Assembly (NCBI GenBank): GCA_964596525.1
Contig: CAZQUL010000002.1
Location: forward strand, 9,444 to 73,443
Direction of reading: 5' to 3'
Source of the DNA: an uncultured Gammaproteobacteria bacterium
GTDB lineage: Bacteria; Patescibacteriota; Patescibacteriia; Magasanikbacterales; GWA2-37-8
DNA length: 64,000 nt
In this document: positions 49,201 to 58,966 of the stretch, piece by piece
How positions within the stretch are numbered: the first letter of the stretch is position 1
Layout: every line of letters starts with the position of its first letter
Notes under the pieces: generated by a model
The model's database searches: none
What the model saw: the letters and a program-made list of their open reading frames with translations, nothing else
Told to the model about the DNA's origin: nothing
Position numbers and translations under genes: made by a program

Positions 49201-49977
49201 ATGAAAAACACTCCAACGCTTTTGGAGATGCTTAAAGCCGGTGTCCATTTCGGTCATCAGGTGTCCCGCTGGCACCCCAAGATGGAACCGTACATTTTTG
49301 GTACCAAAAACGGTATCCACATCATTAATTTGGAACGGACTCTCGAGGAACTCGAGAAAACCTACGCTACGGTAAAGAAAATGGCGAGCGAAGGTAAAAC
49401 GATTCTTTTTGTCGGTACCAAACGCCAGGCCCGTGATATCACCCGCGAAGCTGCCGAAAAGGCCGGCATGCCCTACCTTACGGAACGCTGGATCGGTGGT
49501 CTTATCACCAACTTTGAAGAATGCAAACGCCGTCTCAAGAAATACCGCTCCCTGAAAGAACAGGTTGCAACCGGCGAAATCGAAAAATACATCAAAAAAG
49601 AACAGGTCATGCTCAAGAAACAACTTGAGAAAATGGACAAATACCTCGTCGGTTTGTCTAGCCTAGAGCGCATTCCGGATGCTCTCTACATCACTGACAT
49701 GCGCATCGAAAAAACCGCTGTCACCGAAGCGCGCGCCGTCGGCGTACCGGTAATCGGGGTGTGCGATACCAATGTCGACCCGAGCAAAGCCACCTGCGTC
49801 ATTCCGGCCAACGACGATGCGGTGAACGCCATCCGTCTTATGGCCTCCATCGTCGTCGATGCCATTAAAGAAGGCCGTGCCGAATGGGAAAAGAAACGCC
49901 AGGAATCCCAAAAGACCACGCCGGCTGAAGAACCCAAAAAAGAACGCCGCGCCCTTAAGAAAGAAGAATCCATCTAG
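49201..49977 (+). CDS. rpsB: 30S ribosomal protein S2
   Basis: MLKAGVHFGH, LFVGTK, RWIGGLITN, DTNVDP, PANDDA. Confidence 0.99.
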   Translation: MKNTPTLLEMLKAGVHFGHQVSRWHPKMEPYIFGTKNGIHIINLERTLEELEKTYATVKKMASEGKTILFVGTKRQARDITREAAEKAGMPYLTERWIGGLITNFEECKRRLKKYRSLKEQVATGEIEKYIKKEQVMLKKQLEKMDKYLVGLSSLERIPDALYITDMRIEKTAVTEARAVGVPVIGVCDTNVDPSKATCVIPANDDAVNAIRLMASIVVDAIKEGRAEWEKKRQESQKTTPAEEPKKERRALKKEESI

Positions 49978-50022
49978 CGGTTTCTTTTTCGCTCATTATA
50001 GCTTAAACTTCATTTCATCTCT

Positions 50023-50673
50023 ATGACTATCACCTCTCAAGATATCGCGAAACTGCGTGCCGCGACCGGTGCCGGCATGATGGATTGCAAAGCCGCACTC
50101 GAAGAAGCTGGTGGCGACATGGATAAAGCCGCGGAGCTCCTGCGCAAGAAAGGTATCGTCAAAGCCGCCAAACGCGCCGATAAAATCGCGGCCGAAGGCG
50201 TCATTATGAGCTACATCCATGCTGGCGGCAAAGTGGGCGTCCTCCTCGAACTTAACTGCGAAACCGACTTCGTGGGCCGCACCGAACGTTTCCAGAGTCT
50301 GGCCAAAGATCTCGCTTTGCACGTCGCTGCTGCTAACCCCAAATTCCTCGACCGCGCGAGTGTTCCAGCCGAACTCGTAGAAAAAGAAAAAGAAATATAC
50401 GCTGAACAGCTCAAAGCCCAGAACAAACCGGCTAACGTGCTTGAAGGCATCCTCAAAGGCAAGCTCGACAAATTCTACGAAGAAGTCTGCCTCCTCGAAC
50501 AGGTCTACGTAAAAGATGACACCAAAAAAATCGAACAGCTCCTCGCCGAAGTTTCGGCTGAGACCGGTGAAAAAACCACCATCCGCCGCTTCGTCCGCTT
50601 CGAACTCGGCGAAGGCATTGAAAAAGTGGAAAAGAATTTCGCCGAAGAAGTGGCTGAACAGCTCAAGAAATAA
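50023..50673 (+). CDS. tsf: Elongation factor Ts (short form)
   Basis: LRAATGAGMMDCKAAL, ELNCETDFV, RFVRFELGEG. Confidence 0.99.
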   Translation: MTITSQDIAKLRAATGAGMMDCKAALEEAGGDMDKAAELLRKKGIVKAAKRADKIAAEGVIMSYIHAGGKVGVLLELNCETDFVGRTERFQSLAKDLALHVAAANPKFLDRASVPAELVEKEKEIYAEQLKAQNKPANVLEGILKGKLDKFYEEVCLLEQVYVKDDTKKIEQLLAEVSAETGEKTTIRRFVRFELGEGIEKVEKNFAEEVAEQLKK

Positions 50674-50685
50674 CTCGTCAGTAAG

Positions 50686-50720
50686 AAACAAATCCAGGTT
50701 AAAAGCCTGGATTTGTTTTT
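50686..50720. terminator. Intrinsic terminator after tsf
   Basis: AAACAAATCCAGG...CCTGGATTTGTTT. Confidence 0.8.
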
Positions 50721-50780
50721 GGGAATTATAAAAGCCCGCGTGAAAGACACGGGCTTATTTTGGGCGACGCAGTTATCGCA

Positions 50781-51149
50781 CTACGGATTAGCGTCTTCAA
50801 AGCGCTGGAAGGTGCCGCGGAAGCCGTAACGCTTCGCAATCTCCCCTTGCTTCCATGCCAGGCCGACGAAGCCTTCACCGCTGAAGTGGACGATACCCAC
50901 CTGGCGAGTACTGCATTCGACACTGACGGTCTTATTCTCACCTTCTGTCTCCAGCGGTCTTGCGACGATATCAGCACAACCACGGATGGTAACGGCGAAA
51001 CGGGGCTGGTCACCGGGAATGGTTACCAAATAGACCATTGGGCCCTTGCTATAGATCGCCGCGCCGTCTCCGGGATCGGCTTTGATCGAACCGGAGACAA
51101 GCAGGCTCACCGTCAAAGCAAGGCCAGCAAGAAACTTCGAAATCCGCAT
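50781..51149 (-). CDS. Hypothetical secreted protein
   Basis: AAGGAG SD; signal peptide MRISKFLAGLALTVSLLVSGSIKA. Confidence 0.6.
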   Translation of the reverse strand: MRISKFLAGLALTVSLLVSGSIKADPGDGAAIYSKGPMVYLVTIPGDQPRFAVTIRGCADIVARPLETEGENKTVSVECSTRQVGIVHFSGEGFVGLAWKQGEIAKRYGFRGTFQRFEDANP

Positions 51150-51398
51150 CGGACACACTCCTTTTCTAAGACTCTCGGGGAAGCTTGTTTGTCCCGAGAA
51201 ATAAAGTCTCCTTATGCTTCTTTCTCAGGACAAGTGGTCGGCAAAACAATATTCTTATTAAGAGCCTAAAAAACTATATGAATATTGTCAAGAATATGAC
51301 GGGATAATTATTAAATTAAGGACCAGCGCGGACAGTAAATTTTAGCTTATTATACATAAAACAGCCTTATTCAGGCTGCTAGGGCGCAGAAACGACCA

Positions 51399-51767
51399 TC
51401 AGCTCAGGTGTGCTTTTTCGTGCCCAACCAGATACCGGGCCTCGGCCATACGTTCGCGCAGCTTGGCTGCAAATCCCTTCGGGACCGATGTCCGCGGGAA
51501 TACGCCTTGCACGTACCCGACTCGGCCGCGGTTGAATATCTCCACGCCCGGCACGTCCTGGTGCACGGCACGCCCGTTCATGACCGCAAAAACGAATTCC
51601 GCGGGCGGCGTCCACTGGTGCGCCTCAGCATAATGAGGCGCCATGGCCGACACGTCATAGACGACTATCCGCGCTTCGTTCGGAAGGGCCAAACGGAGCG
51701 TTACATCAGTGGTTGAAAGAATCGGTCTCGAATCCGGCGAACAGAGCACGCAGATGTGAACATCCAT
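51399..51767 (-). CDS. Hypothetical protein, possibly a degenerate thioredoxin fold
   Basis: AAGGAG SD; TTGACA-17-TAGATT promoter; VPGVEIFNRG..V....G C-terminal pattern. Confidence 0.55.
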   Translation of the reverse strand: MDVHICVLCSPDSRPILSTTDVTLRLALPNEARIVVYDVSAMAPHYAEAHQWTPPAEFVFAVMNGRAVHQDVPGVEIFNRGRVGYVQGVFPRTSVPKGFAAKLRERMAEARYLVGHEKAHLS

Positions 51768-51913
51768 ACCAATACTCCTTTCTCGCATACGATGTAGGCA
51801 GGGAACAATCCTAAATCTAACGCGCGCAGCGCCACCTGTCAATCCGGAAAAGAGAATAAAAAAACACGAAGATAAAATTGTCTTCGTGTTTTTCTTGCTA
51901 CGAATCTTTACAC

Positions 51914-53677
51914 CTAACCGCGACGCTCCGCAACTTCACGCACGACACGCGCCACAAAATCGTCTTTCAACACCACGAGCTTTTCCTCCTGGCCACGGAC
52001 TTTAACCGACCACGGCTCACCGGAAAGCTCCTTATCCCCCACCACAACGATGTAGGGAATTTTCTGCGCCGCAGCCTTGCGCACTTTATTGCCAATGGTT
52101 TCATTAGCTGCATCCACGCTGACACGGAGTCCTTTCAACATTAATTCTTGGGCAAGTTTATGCGCTGCCTCGACATGCTTTTCCGCTACCGGAGCGAGCT
52201 GAACCTGCACCGGGGCGAGCCAGACCGGAAAGGCGCCCGCGTAGTGTTCGATAAGAAACGCCATAATACGCTCAATCGCGCCGATTGACGAACGATGAAT
52301 GACGATCGGCCGTGCTTTTTTACCTTCCTTGTCGACGTATTCGAGATTGAAGCGATCCGGCATGCAGAAATCGTACTGCACCGTGAAGGCAGTGTTGTCT
52401 TTGCCACGAACGTCTTTCATCTGAATGTCGATCTTTGGACCGTAGAAAGCCGCTTCTTGAGGCGCTTCATAAAACCGACAGTCGCGCTCGGTTAATACCG
52501 AACGTAACACTTCCTCACCAGTATCCCAAGCCGCGTCGTTTTTATAGTATTTCTTATCGTCACTGCGATCGCCGAGCGAGAGGCGGTACCAGAAATTCTC
52601 ACCCTGCTTGAGACCGAAAACGCCAGCCACGTACTCAATAAGATCAAGAGCGCGTTTTACTTCTTCTTTAGCCTGGTCTTTATCGGCGCAGACAATATGC
52701 GCGTCAGCTAGGCAGAATCCGCGCACGCGCACGAGGCCAGTCAATTCACCCGAAGCTTCGTAGCGATAAAGCTTGGCGAGCTCGGCAATACGCAGGGGGA
52801 GTTCGCGGTAACTTTTAGGACTATCGGCATACACCTGAAAATGGTGCGGACAGGTCATGGGGCGCAGCATGTACTCCTCATCATCAATCTTGATCGGCGC
52901 GTACATGGAATCCTTGTAATACGGATAATGTCCCGACGTCTTATACAGATCGAGTTTTGCGATATCGGGGGTATACACGTGCGTATAGCCCCATGCCAGT
53001 TCGGTGTCAACAATGAAACGCTCGAGCACGCGGCGAACTGTGGCGCCATTCGGGAGCCAGATCGGGAGGCCAGAACCGACAAGTGGCGAGAAGGTAAAAA
53101 GGCCAAGGTCTTTACCGATTTTGCGGTGATCCCGCTTTTTGGCTTCTTCCTGCTGCGCGAGATATTTTTCAAGCTCTTCCGGGGTTGGAAAACAGGTGCC
53201 GTAAATGCGCGTCAACATTTTATTTTTCTCACTCCCCCGCCAATACGCACCGGCGAGCGAAAGCAGTTTAAAGTGTTGCAGGTCCTTGTCGGGCGTTTCA
53301 CTGTGTCCACCGCGGCATAAATCTGTGTATGAACCAGAGGTATACAGGGTCAGCGCCTGGCCCTCAGCGGAAAACTCATCGATTAACTCAATTTTATAGG
53401 GATTGTGAGCAAAAAAATCCCGAGCTTCCTGGGCGGAAACTTCTTTATGTTCAAAACCATGCCAATCTTTGACGATCTCATGCATCTTTTCTTCGATGCG
53501 TGGCAGATCCGTTTCGGCCACCTTGGTAGCGCCGAAATCAAAATCATAGTAAAAACCGTTTTCGATTGCCGGACCGATAGTGCGCTTCACGCCCGGGTAA
53601 AGCTCTTCAACGGCTGCCGCAAGAAGGTGTGCGCACGAATGGCGCAGATGTGATAATTCTTCGGGAGACATATGCAT
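51914..53677 (-). CDS. thrS: Threonine--tRNA ligase (lacks the N-terminal TGS domain)
   Basis: RHSCAHLLA, DLCRGGH, RDHRKIG, RPMTCPHH, AFYGPKID, FPVWLAPVQ. Confidence 0.99.
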   Translation of the reverse strand: MHMSPEELSHLRHSCAHLLAAAVEELYPGVKRTIGPAIENGFYYDFDFGATKVAETDLPRIEEKMHEIVKDWHGFEHKEVSAQEARDFFAHNPYKIELIDEFSAEGQALTLYTSGSYTDLCRGGHSETPDKDLQHFKLLSLAGAYWRGSEKNKMLTRIYGTCFPTPEELEKYLAQQEEAKKRDHRKIGKDLGLFTFSPLVGSGLPIWLPNGATVRRVLERFIVDTELAWGYTHVYTPDIAKLDLYKTSGHYPYYKDSMYAPIKIDDEEYMLRPMTCPHHFQVYADSPKSYRELPLRIAELAKLYRYEASGELTGLVRVRGFCLADAHIVCADKDQAKEEVKRALDLIEYVAGVFGLKQGENFWYRLSLGDRSDDKKYYKNDAAWDTGEEVLRSVLTERDCRFYEAPQEAAFYGPKIDIQMKDVRGKDNTAFTVQYDFCMPDRFNLEYVDKEGKKARPIVIHRSSIGAIERIMAFLIEHYAGAFPVWLAPVQVQLAPVAEKHVEAAHKLAQELMLKGLRVSVDAANETIGNKVRKAAAQKIPYIVVVGDKELSGEPWSVKVRGQEEKLVVLKDDFVARVVREVAERRG

Positions 53678-53742
53678 AGTTAGGAATTAGGAACTGAGTA
53701 GTAAGATTAACCCCTACCCCTCACGTCCTACTGCCTAAAATT

Positions 53743-53927
53743 AAAAAACCCGATATGCCCTTTGCACGCTTTGGCACAAGGCATATCGGGGTCTTTCTGC
53801 GTGCGCAGAACGACGGTTCCACCCGATGTTTCACTTGAGTTGAATTGGAGGCACTAACCGAGTGGTACCATATTCCGCACTCGCGAAACTGGGCTGGTTC
53901 GGCTATGCGTGCCTAAAGAACTGATTA
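53743..53927 (-). ncRNA. T-box riboswitch leader (Thr, ACC specifier), compact form
   Basis: Minus strand ATCGGG-TGGAACC-GTC...GAC-CCCGAT antiterminator overlapping terminator CCCGATATGCC...GGCATATCGGG-TTTTTT; stem I AGGCAC/GTGCCT with unpaired ACC. Confidence 0.85.
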
Positions 53928-53933
53928 TCAATC

Positions 53934-53962
53934 AGTATAGAAAACCGAGCTCATGACGTCAA
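53934..53962 (-). promoter_or_regulatory. Sigma70-type promoter of the T-box/thrS transcript
   Basis: TTGACG-17 nt-TATACT on the minus strand. Confidence 0.75.
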
Positions 53963-54004
53963 GTAAAAACTCAGCGCCCCCTCCCTGGAAGCGCTGAATA
54001 TGTG

Positions 54005-55159
54005 CTAGTCTTTGACGTTTTTGACGATCACTTTAATTTTTTCCGGCAATGTAGGAGCAGTACGCATCAGGAAATCCGGCGAGAATTTGACGTCGACGCC
54101 GGCGACATAGCTGAGGCGGCGGATCGTTTCTTCAATAACTGCTTTGCTTTTACCTGTAAATTGCGACGTGTTGAGAGACGGTGATTCAGGGTCGAGGGTG
54201 ACCATGCCTTCTTCGGAAACGGCGAGCTGAGCGGTTTTTGTTTGAGCGTCGAAGGATACGACAGACAAGCGCGGGTTCTGCGGCAGAGCGCTCAGCACTT
54301 TGACGGCCGACGTGCCGGTCTGACGGCGAACCTCTTCTTCAAAAAGACGCTTTAAGTCACTTTCACGATAAGTGACAATAAGGATTGTCGTTGTGCCGGT
54401 AAGAGAAAATTCTTTGGTTTCAGCACCAACCGCTACGCTTGGAACGGATTTTGTTTCAGAGGCAACTATAAGAGTTTTAAACCCTTCAGGAAGATTGGCG
54501 CCAACGCCGCGTTCCAAAAAGGCATCTTTGGCTTTCTCCTGAAAATCAGCATGAGCACCAGCAATATCTTCGGCACTCACGACACCGACATTGCTCGAAC
54601 CGCCAGTCATCGGTTTAGTGCTCACTGCATACACAACTTTCTGAAGTTCGGGAGAAAGCGCAGGAAGTTTAAACTGGCTAGGCGCAATATCGCTGTCTTT
54701 ACCCGGTGCGTCAGCGTAGACTTCGGTGGTTAAGCTGCCGCCAGCCGGAATATCAACGCGTTCAGGCAAACGGAAGGTAATGCCAGCTTCGGTCTGAAAG
54801 CGAGTCTTGGGGATAAGACCCATCGGTTGGTCGCTCTTATTATAGATGGTAAGTTCACCTTTGGCTGTACCTTCAACGGTTTTGGTGCCGACCGGCGCGT
54901 AAGATTTGGCGTAACCGAACTGTGTGAGAGCAACGGTGCCCTGAATGACACCCGCCGCCGCTTCTTCTTGCACGGTAGCGTTAAAGGAAAAGTCTTTTTT
55001 CTCTTCGCGCGCGATAACGGTAATGGTGGCGCGACGAGTGCTCAGGTAGAGCACGGCCGAGAGAAGTGAAACCGTAATAACCAAAAACGCCACGGCGATA
55101 AGACGGTAAAAACGCACGGGCGATTCGGGGTGTGGAGTTGAAAAGCGACGCGTCATCAT
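54005..55159 (-). CDS. Membrane-anchored protein with baseplate-J-like beta domain
   Basis: N-terminal TM; AKGELTIYN...LIPKTRF...F.L...V.IP...V.AD.PG...I pattern. Confidence 0.6.
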   Translation of the reverse strand: MMTRRFSTPHPESPVRFYRLIAVAFLVITVSLLSAVLYLSTRRATITVIAREEKKDFSFNATVQEEAAAGVIQGTVALTQFGYAKSYAPVGTKTVEGTAKGELTIYNKSDQPMGLIPKTRFQTEAGITFRLPERVDIPAGGSLTTEVYADAPGKDSDIAPSQFKLPALSPELQKVVYAVSTKPMTGGSSNVGVVSAEDIAGAHADFQEKAKDAFLERGVGANLPEGFKTLIVASETKSVPSVAVGAETKEFSLTGTTTILIVTYRESDLKRLFEEEVRRQTGTSAVKVLSALPQNPRLSVVSFDAQTKTAQLAVSEEGMVTLDPESPSLNTSQFTGKSKAVIEETIRRLSYVAGVDVKFSPDFLMRTAPTLPEKIKVIVKNVKD

Positions 55160-55287
55160 AAAAGGGCGATGGAAAAAAGAAGAGGAAGAAAAATGGTGGC
55201 TCTAGTATACCATATTTTCCGTCAAGGGATATGTTGTGCACAAAATTTACACGCGATCTAAACGACCACTGACTTGCAGCGTAATTC

Positions 55288-57027
55288 TTATTCCGTCACA
55301 CGGAACACTTCCTCAACTGTGGTGAGTTGTTCGAGCGCTTTAAGAACGCCATCTTGTGCCATAGTAACCATCCCTTCTTTAACCGCGAGTTCTTGGATAA
55401 CGTATTCCGAAACTTGGCTTGAAAGAATGATCTGTTCGATATCTTTATTCATGATGAAAATTTCGTAGATGCCGATACGCCCTTTGTAGCCAAGACCACT
55501 GCAGGCATTACAACCGCGGCCACGGTAAAAGGTGAGATTGCCAAAATCGATATGTTGGCGCTCCTCGGAGGGAAGCGCCTGAAGCAAGGTACGCACGCGT
55601 TCGAGCTGCTCGGAGGGAACCTGAAAAGGTTCTTTGCACGAAGCGCAGATGCGGCGCACCAAACGCTGGCCGATGACAGAGTTGAGTGCCGGAGCCAGAA
55701 GGAAAGGTTTGACGCCCATGGATAAAAAACGGGGAATGGCACCCGACGCGCTGTTGGTATGGATAGTGGAAAGCATGAGGTGCCCAGTAAGCGCCATTTG
55801 GATGGCGATTTCGGCGGTTTCGAGGTCGCGGATTTCACCGACCATGCAGATGTCGGGGTCTTGGCGCAAAATACTCCTTAAGCCTTTGGCAAAAGTATAG
55901 CCTTTGGCCAAATCGATTTGGCTTTGGTTAATGCCTTCCATCTTGATTTCGACCGGATCTTCGAGGGTGATGATTTTGACACCAGGCTTATTGAGCGTGC
56001 GCAAAATGGCATAGAGCGTGGTGGTTTTACCGCTACCCGTGGGACCAGTGGTGATGATCATGCCGTTAGGACGCATGATTTCGCGGCGCAGACGTTCGCG
56101 CACAGCGCCGCGCAAGCCTAAATCATCAAAGGTGACGCCTTTGTTGCCGCTATGCAAGATACGCATTACGACCGATTCACCGTAGGTGGTAGGAATGGTG
56201 GACACACGCACGTCGAGGCTGCCGGAGGAAAGTTTGAGCGTCACGCGACCGTCTTGCGGCTTGTCGATGATGTTGATCTTGAGCGCAGCGAGAAGTTTGA
56301 TGCGCGAAACGAACTGACGCCATTTTTCGCGAGGTAAATCCCCTACTTCATGCAATACACCATCGATACGGTAACGCACGGCAATCCCCTTTTCTTCGGC
56401 TTCAACGTGGATATCGGACGAATTGACGCTTAAAGCCGAAGCGACGATGAGGGTAAGCACATCGCTCATGGAAACATTCTTGAACCCTTCAGCAATGCCG
56501 GAAAGATTTTCGACACCTACTTTGAAACGGGCGATTTCTTCATCGGTAATGTTGATGTCTTTGGATACCGGCTTGACGATCGGCAAGTTGGCGTAGAGCT
56601 TAAGAACGCGTTCCAAACTGTGCTCGGAAATAAGATACAGCTTGGTTTCGGCATTAAAACGCTCGCCAGCCTGATATACCTGCTCGTCAACGTTGGACGT
56701 TTTTTCTACCGCCGCAAAACGAAGCTGGTCCGGGGCGAAATAAAAACACACCACTTTGTCGCGGCGGGCAACGTCTTCGGGAATGACACGCAGCGCTTCG
56801 GATGATACCGGAAAAACAGCGAGATCAATATACGGGAGCCCAAGCTGCATGGCCCGCGTTGCCGTGGCTTGTTCTTTGGATTTAAGGTCAATCTCTTTCA
56901 TTTTTTGATCAAACTTCCCCTGTACACTCCGGTAGTCGGGCCGCGTCGAAGGCGCAGAAGCTCCCGGCGAAGCAGGAGTAGCCGATTTTTTGAGCAGTTC
57001 ATTAATGGATTGATAGGAGGAAGGCAT
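55288..57027 (-). CDS. Type IV pilus/type II secretion ATPase (PilB/GspE family)
   Basis: SDIHVE, PQDGR, TGPTGSGKTTTLY, TLEDPVE, LRQDPD, CxxC...CxxC, GRIGIYE. Confidence 0.96.
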   Translation of the reverse strand: MPSSYQSINELLKKSATPASPGASAPSTRPDYRSVQGKFDQKMKEIDLKSKEQATATRAMQLGLPYIDLAVFPVSSEALRVIPEDVARRDKVVCFYFAPDQLRFAAVEKTSNVDEQVYQAGERFNAETKLYLISEHSLERVLKLYANLPIVKPVSKDINITDEEIARFKVGVENLSGIAEGFKNVSMSDVLTLIVASALSVNSSDIHVEAEEKGIAVRYRIDGVLHEVGDLPREKWRQFVSRIKLLAALKINIIDKPQDGRVTLKLSSGSLDVRVSTIPTTYGESVVMRILHSGNKGVTFDDLGLRGAVRERLRREIMRPNGMIITTGPTGSGKTTTLYAILRTLNKPGVKIITLEDPVEIKMEGINQSQIDLAKGYTFAKGLRSILRQDPDICMVGEIRDLETAEIAIQMALTGHLMLSTIHTNSASGAIPRFLSMGVKPFLLAPALNSVIGQRLVRRICASCKEPFQVPSEQLERVRTLLQALPSEERQHIDFGNLTFYRGRGCNACSGLGYKGRIGIYEIFIMNKDIEQIILSSQVSEYVIQELAVKEGMVTMAQDGVLKALEQLTTVEEVFRVTE

Positions 57028-57074
57028 ACGAGGAGACAGGCGATATGAGAAGAGCAGCCAAAGGAGGAACGTGT

Positions 57075-58046
57075 TTAGAACGAGAAGTGCTCGAGGGCAT
57101 GACGCACGCGGCTTTTAATACCACGGCGGCGCAGATGCAAATAGCAATACATCCAACCATTGACGATAAAAGCATTAAACAGCCCGCTGGTTATGGCGAC
57201 CAGCATAATGAACAAGACTGCCGCTAGCACAAAGCCAAGCATGGCAACGAACGGCTGATCACCGAACCCACCCATAAGCATAAGAAGCGATGCGGGGATA
57301 ACCACCAGGTATGCACCAAACGTCAAGACAGCTACTAAAAGAAGCGTAGCGGCCACAAAGATGACAGAAAGTTCGAGAGCAACCAAAGGATTAGCCAGAA
57401 CCAGCGCCAAACCTTCAATATAAGCCGGCAGCACCTTTAAACCACGGTCAACAATGAAGCCAACAGCGAACACACGGCCAACAGCGAAAAGCATGGCAAC
57501 GAGTACAGCAATCATCACCGCCGCAAAACGACCGGCATACCCGGCAGCCGTAAAAGGCATCACATACCATATGCCGACCGTCAAATAAAGCATGAGACAG
57601 CAGATGGTTTTTTCGATAAGCATGACGCCTAAAAGCGACCAGAAACGTTCCACTCCCTTAAACCACGCTTTGGAAAGAGGCAGGAGCGTTTTGGAACGGA
57701 AGTACGCAAGCGCCACTGCCACAAGCGAGCCTTCGGCCACTACACCAGCCACAACGACCGTAAAAGCCAGTGCCAAAAAAATAAGCATGAGCCAGCTGGT
57801 TCCAAGCGTGGCGACTAAAGAATCCGGCGATGTGGTGCCCCATGACAGCGGCAACCACCACAATTCTTGTACAAGTGACGGCGTGGTAAGGAAGGTCCAC
57901 AACCGACCGATAAAATTGGCCGCACCGAACTGGCCCAAAATGACGGCAATAAGACCGAGCAGCCACAAACTTTTGTGTTTGAACAAGAGACTCCACGAAT
58001 GAGCAAGCGCTTGGCGGTACGTGGGGTCAAGAGATTGTTGTGGCAT
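57075..58046 (-). CDS. Hypothetical polytopic membrane protein
   Basis: 323 aa with six or more hydrophobic helices. Confidence 0.75.
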   Translation of the reverse strand: MPQQSLDPTYRQALAHSWSLLFKHKSLWLLGLIAVILGQFGAANFIGRLWTFLTTPSLVQELWWLPLSWGTTSPDSLVATLGTSWLMLIFLALAFTVVVAGVVAEGSLVAVALAYFRSKTLLPLSKAWFKGVERFWSLLGVMLIEKTICCLMLYLTVGIWYVMPFTAAGYAGRFAAVMIAVLVAMLFAVGRVFAVGFIVDRGLKVLPAYIEGLALVLANPLVALELSVIFVAATLLLVAVLTFGAYLVVIPASLLMLMGGFGDQPFVAMLGFVLAAVLFIMLVAITSGLFNAFIVNGWMYCYLHLRRRGIKSRVRHALEHFSF

Positions 58047-58171
58047 ACGTTAAAAGAAACGAAGAACTAAACGTAAAGTATATATAGTATACCACAATGC
58101 ACTACACCATCTGCTGAAATTGAAAACGCCGGCTACAGAGTAGTCGGCGTCACGTCAGGGAGACGTGGCAG

Positions 58172-58834
58172 TTAGCGACGGGCGCGCTTGGTGCGCATCG
58201 AGGCCTTGGCAGGCTGCGGGCGCTTGGCGACCGTGGCTTTCTTGGTCGGCGGGGTGCGGACGATGGCGGGCTTCTTGGCACGCTTGGGCTTGGGATCGGG
58301 GTCAAGCTTGGTGGTGCATGGAACCTCGTCGACAGGAGCATCTACATCGTAGACGAATCGGTAGACGTCGTCGCGGTAGGAGTGGAGGAACTCCGCCTTG
58401 CGTGGCGGGATTACCCCCTTCACACACCCTAGGCTCTGGTTGTATTGAGTACCGGTCTTTGCCATCTCGCAGTAGTACTCGTTTAGCCAGGCAGTCTGCG
58501 TGGCCGCTCGCGGCCGGATGCGCAGGTGGCCACCTGGGCACGCGATAAGCAGCTCCCAGCCGTAGGTCTCCACTTCGACCGTGCCGAGCGGACGCCGCAT
58601 CAGCGGGTTGATACTGAGTGACTTAGACGGCAGATCGCGCTTAGGCGCCTCGGGTGGGAGGCAGGTGTAGATGGTGGTATTTTTGACGGGATCGTACTCC
58701 TTTTTGGCAACGCGCGTGCCGTCAGCGCAGTGATCAGTGATGACGGTCGTCGCGGTCACAGCACCGTGCGCCGCTGCCGGACCGGCCACCAAAGCCGCAA
58801 CCAGGGCGAGAAAAACGGTTCTTGCAAGGAACAT
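58172..58834 (-). CDS. Hypothetical secreted Cys-containing protein with basic C-terminal tail
   Basis: GGAGGTG SD; signal peptide ending PAAA; TTGACA-17-TACTAT promoter. Confidence 0.7.
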   Translation of the reverse strand: MFLARTVFLALVAALVAGPAAAHGAVTATTVITDHCADGTRVAKKEYDPVKNTTIYTCLPPEAPKRDLPSKSLSINPLMRRPLGTVEVETYGWELLIACPGGHLRIRPRAATQTAWLNEYYCEMAKTGTQYNQSLGCVKGVIPPRKAEFLHSYRDDVYRFVYDVDAPVDEVPCTTKLDPDPKPKRAKKPAIVRTPPTKKATVAKRPQPAKASMRTKRARR

Positions 58835-58966
58835 GAAACACCTCCGGGTGGAAAGTTCGGAACGTTACGGAACAAACTATAGTATCAAAAAAATAAGGTT
58901 TTGTCAAGATATGGTGAGATGTGTGCTAATAAAAAAAGCAGCCATTACTGGCCACTTTAGCGGGAA

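Noticed and set aside
54005-55159. Baseplate-J-like protein as evidence of a prophage or contractile system
   Set aside because: Solitary and membrane-anchored, with no other phage structural genes nearby.
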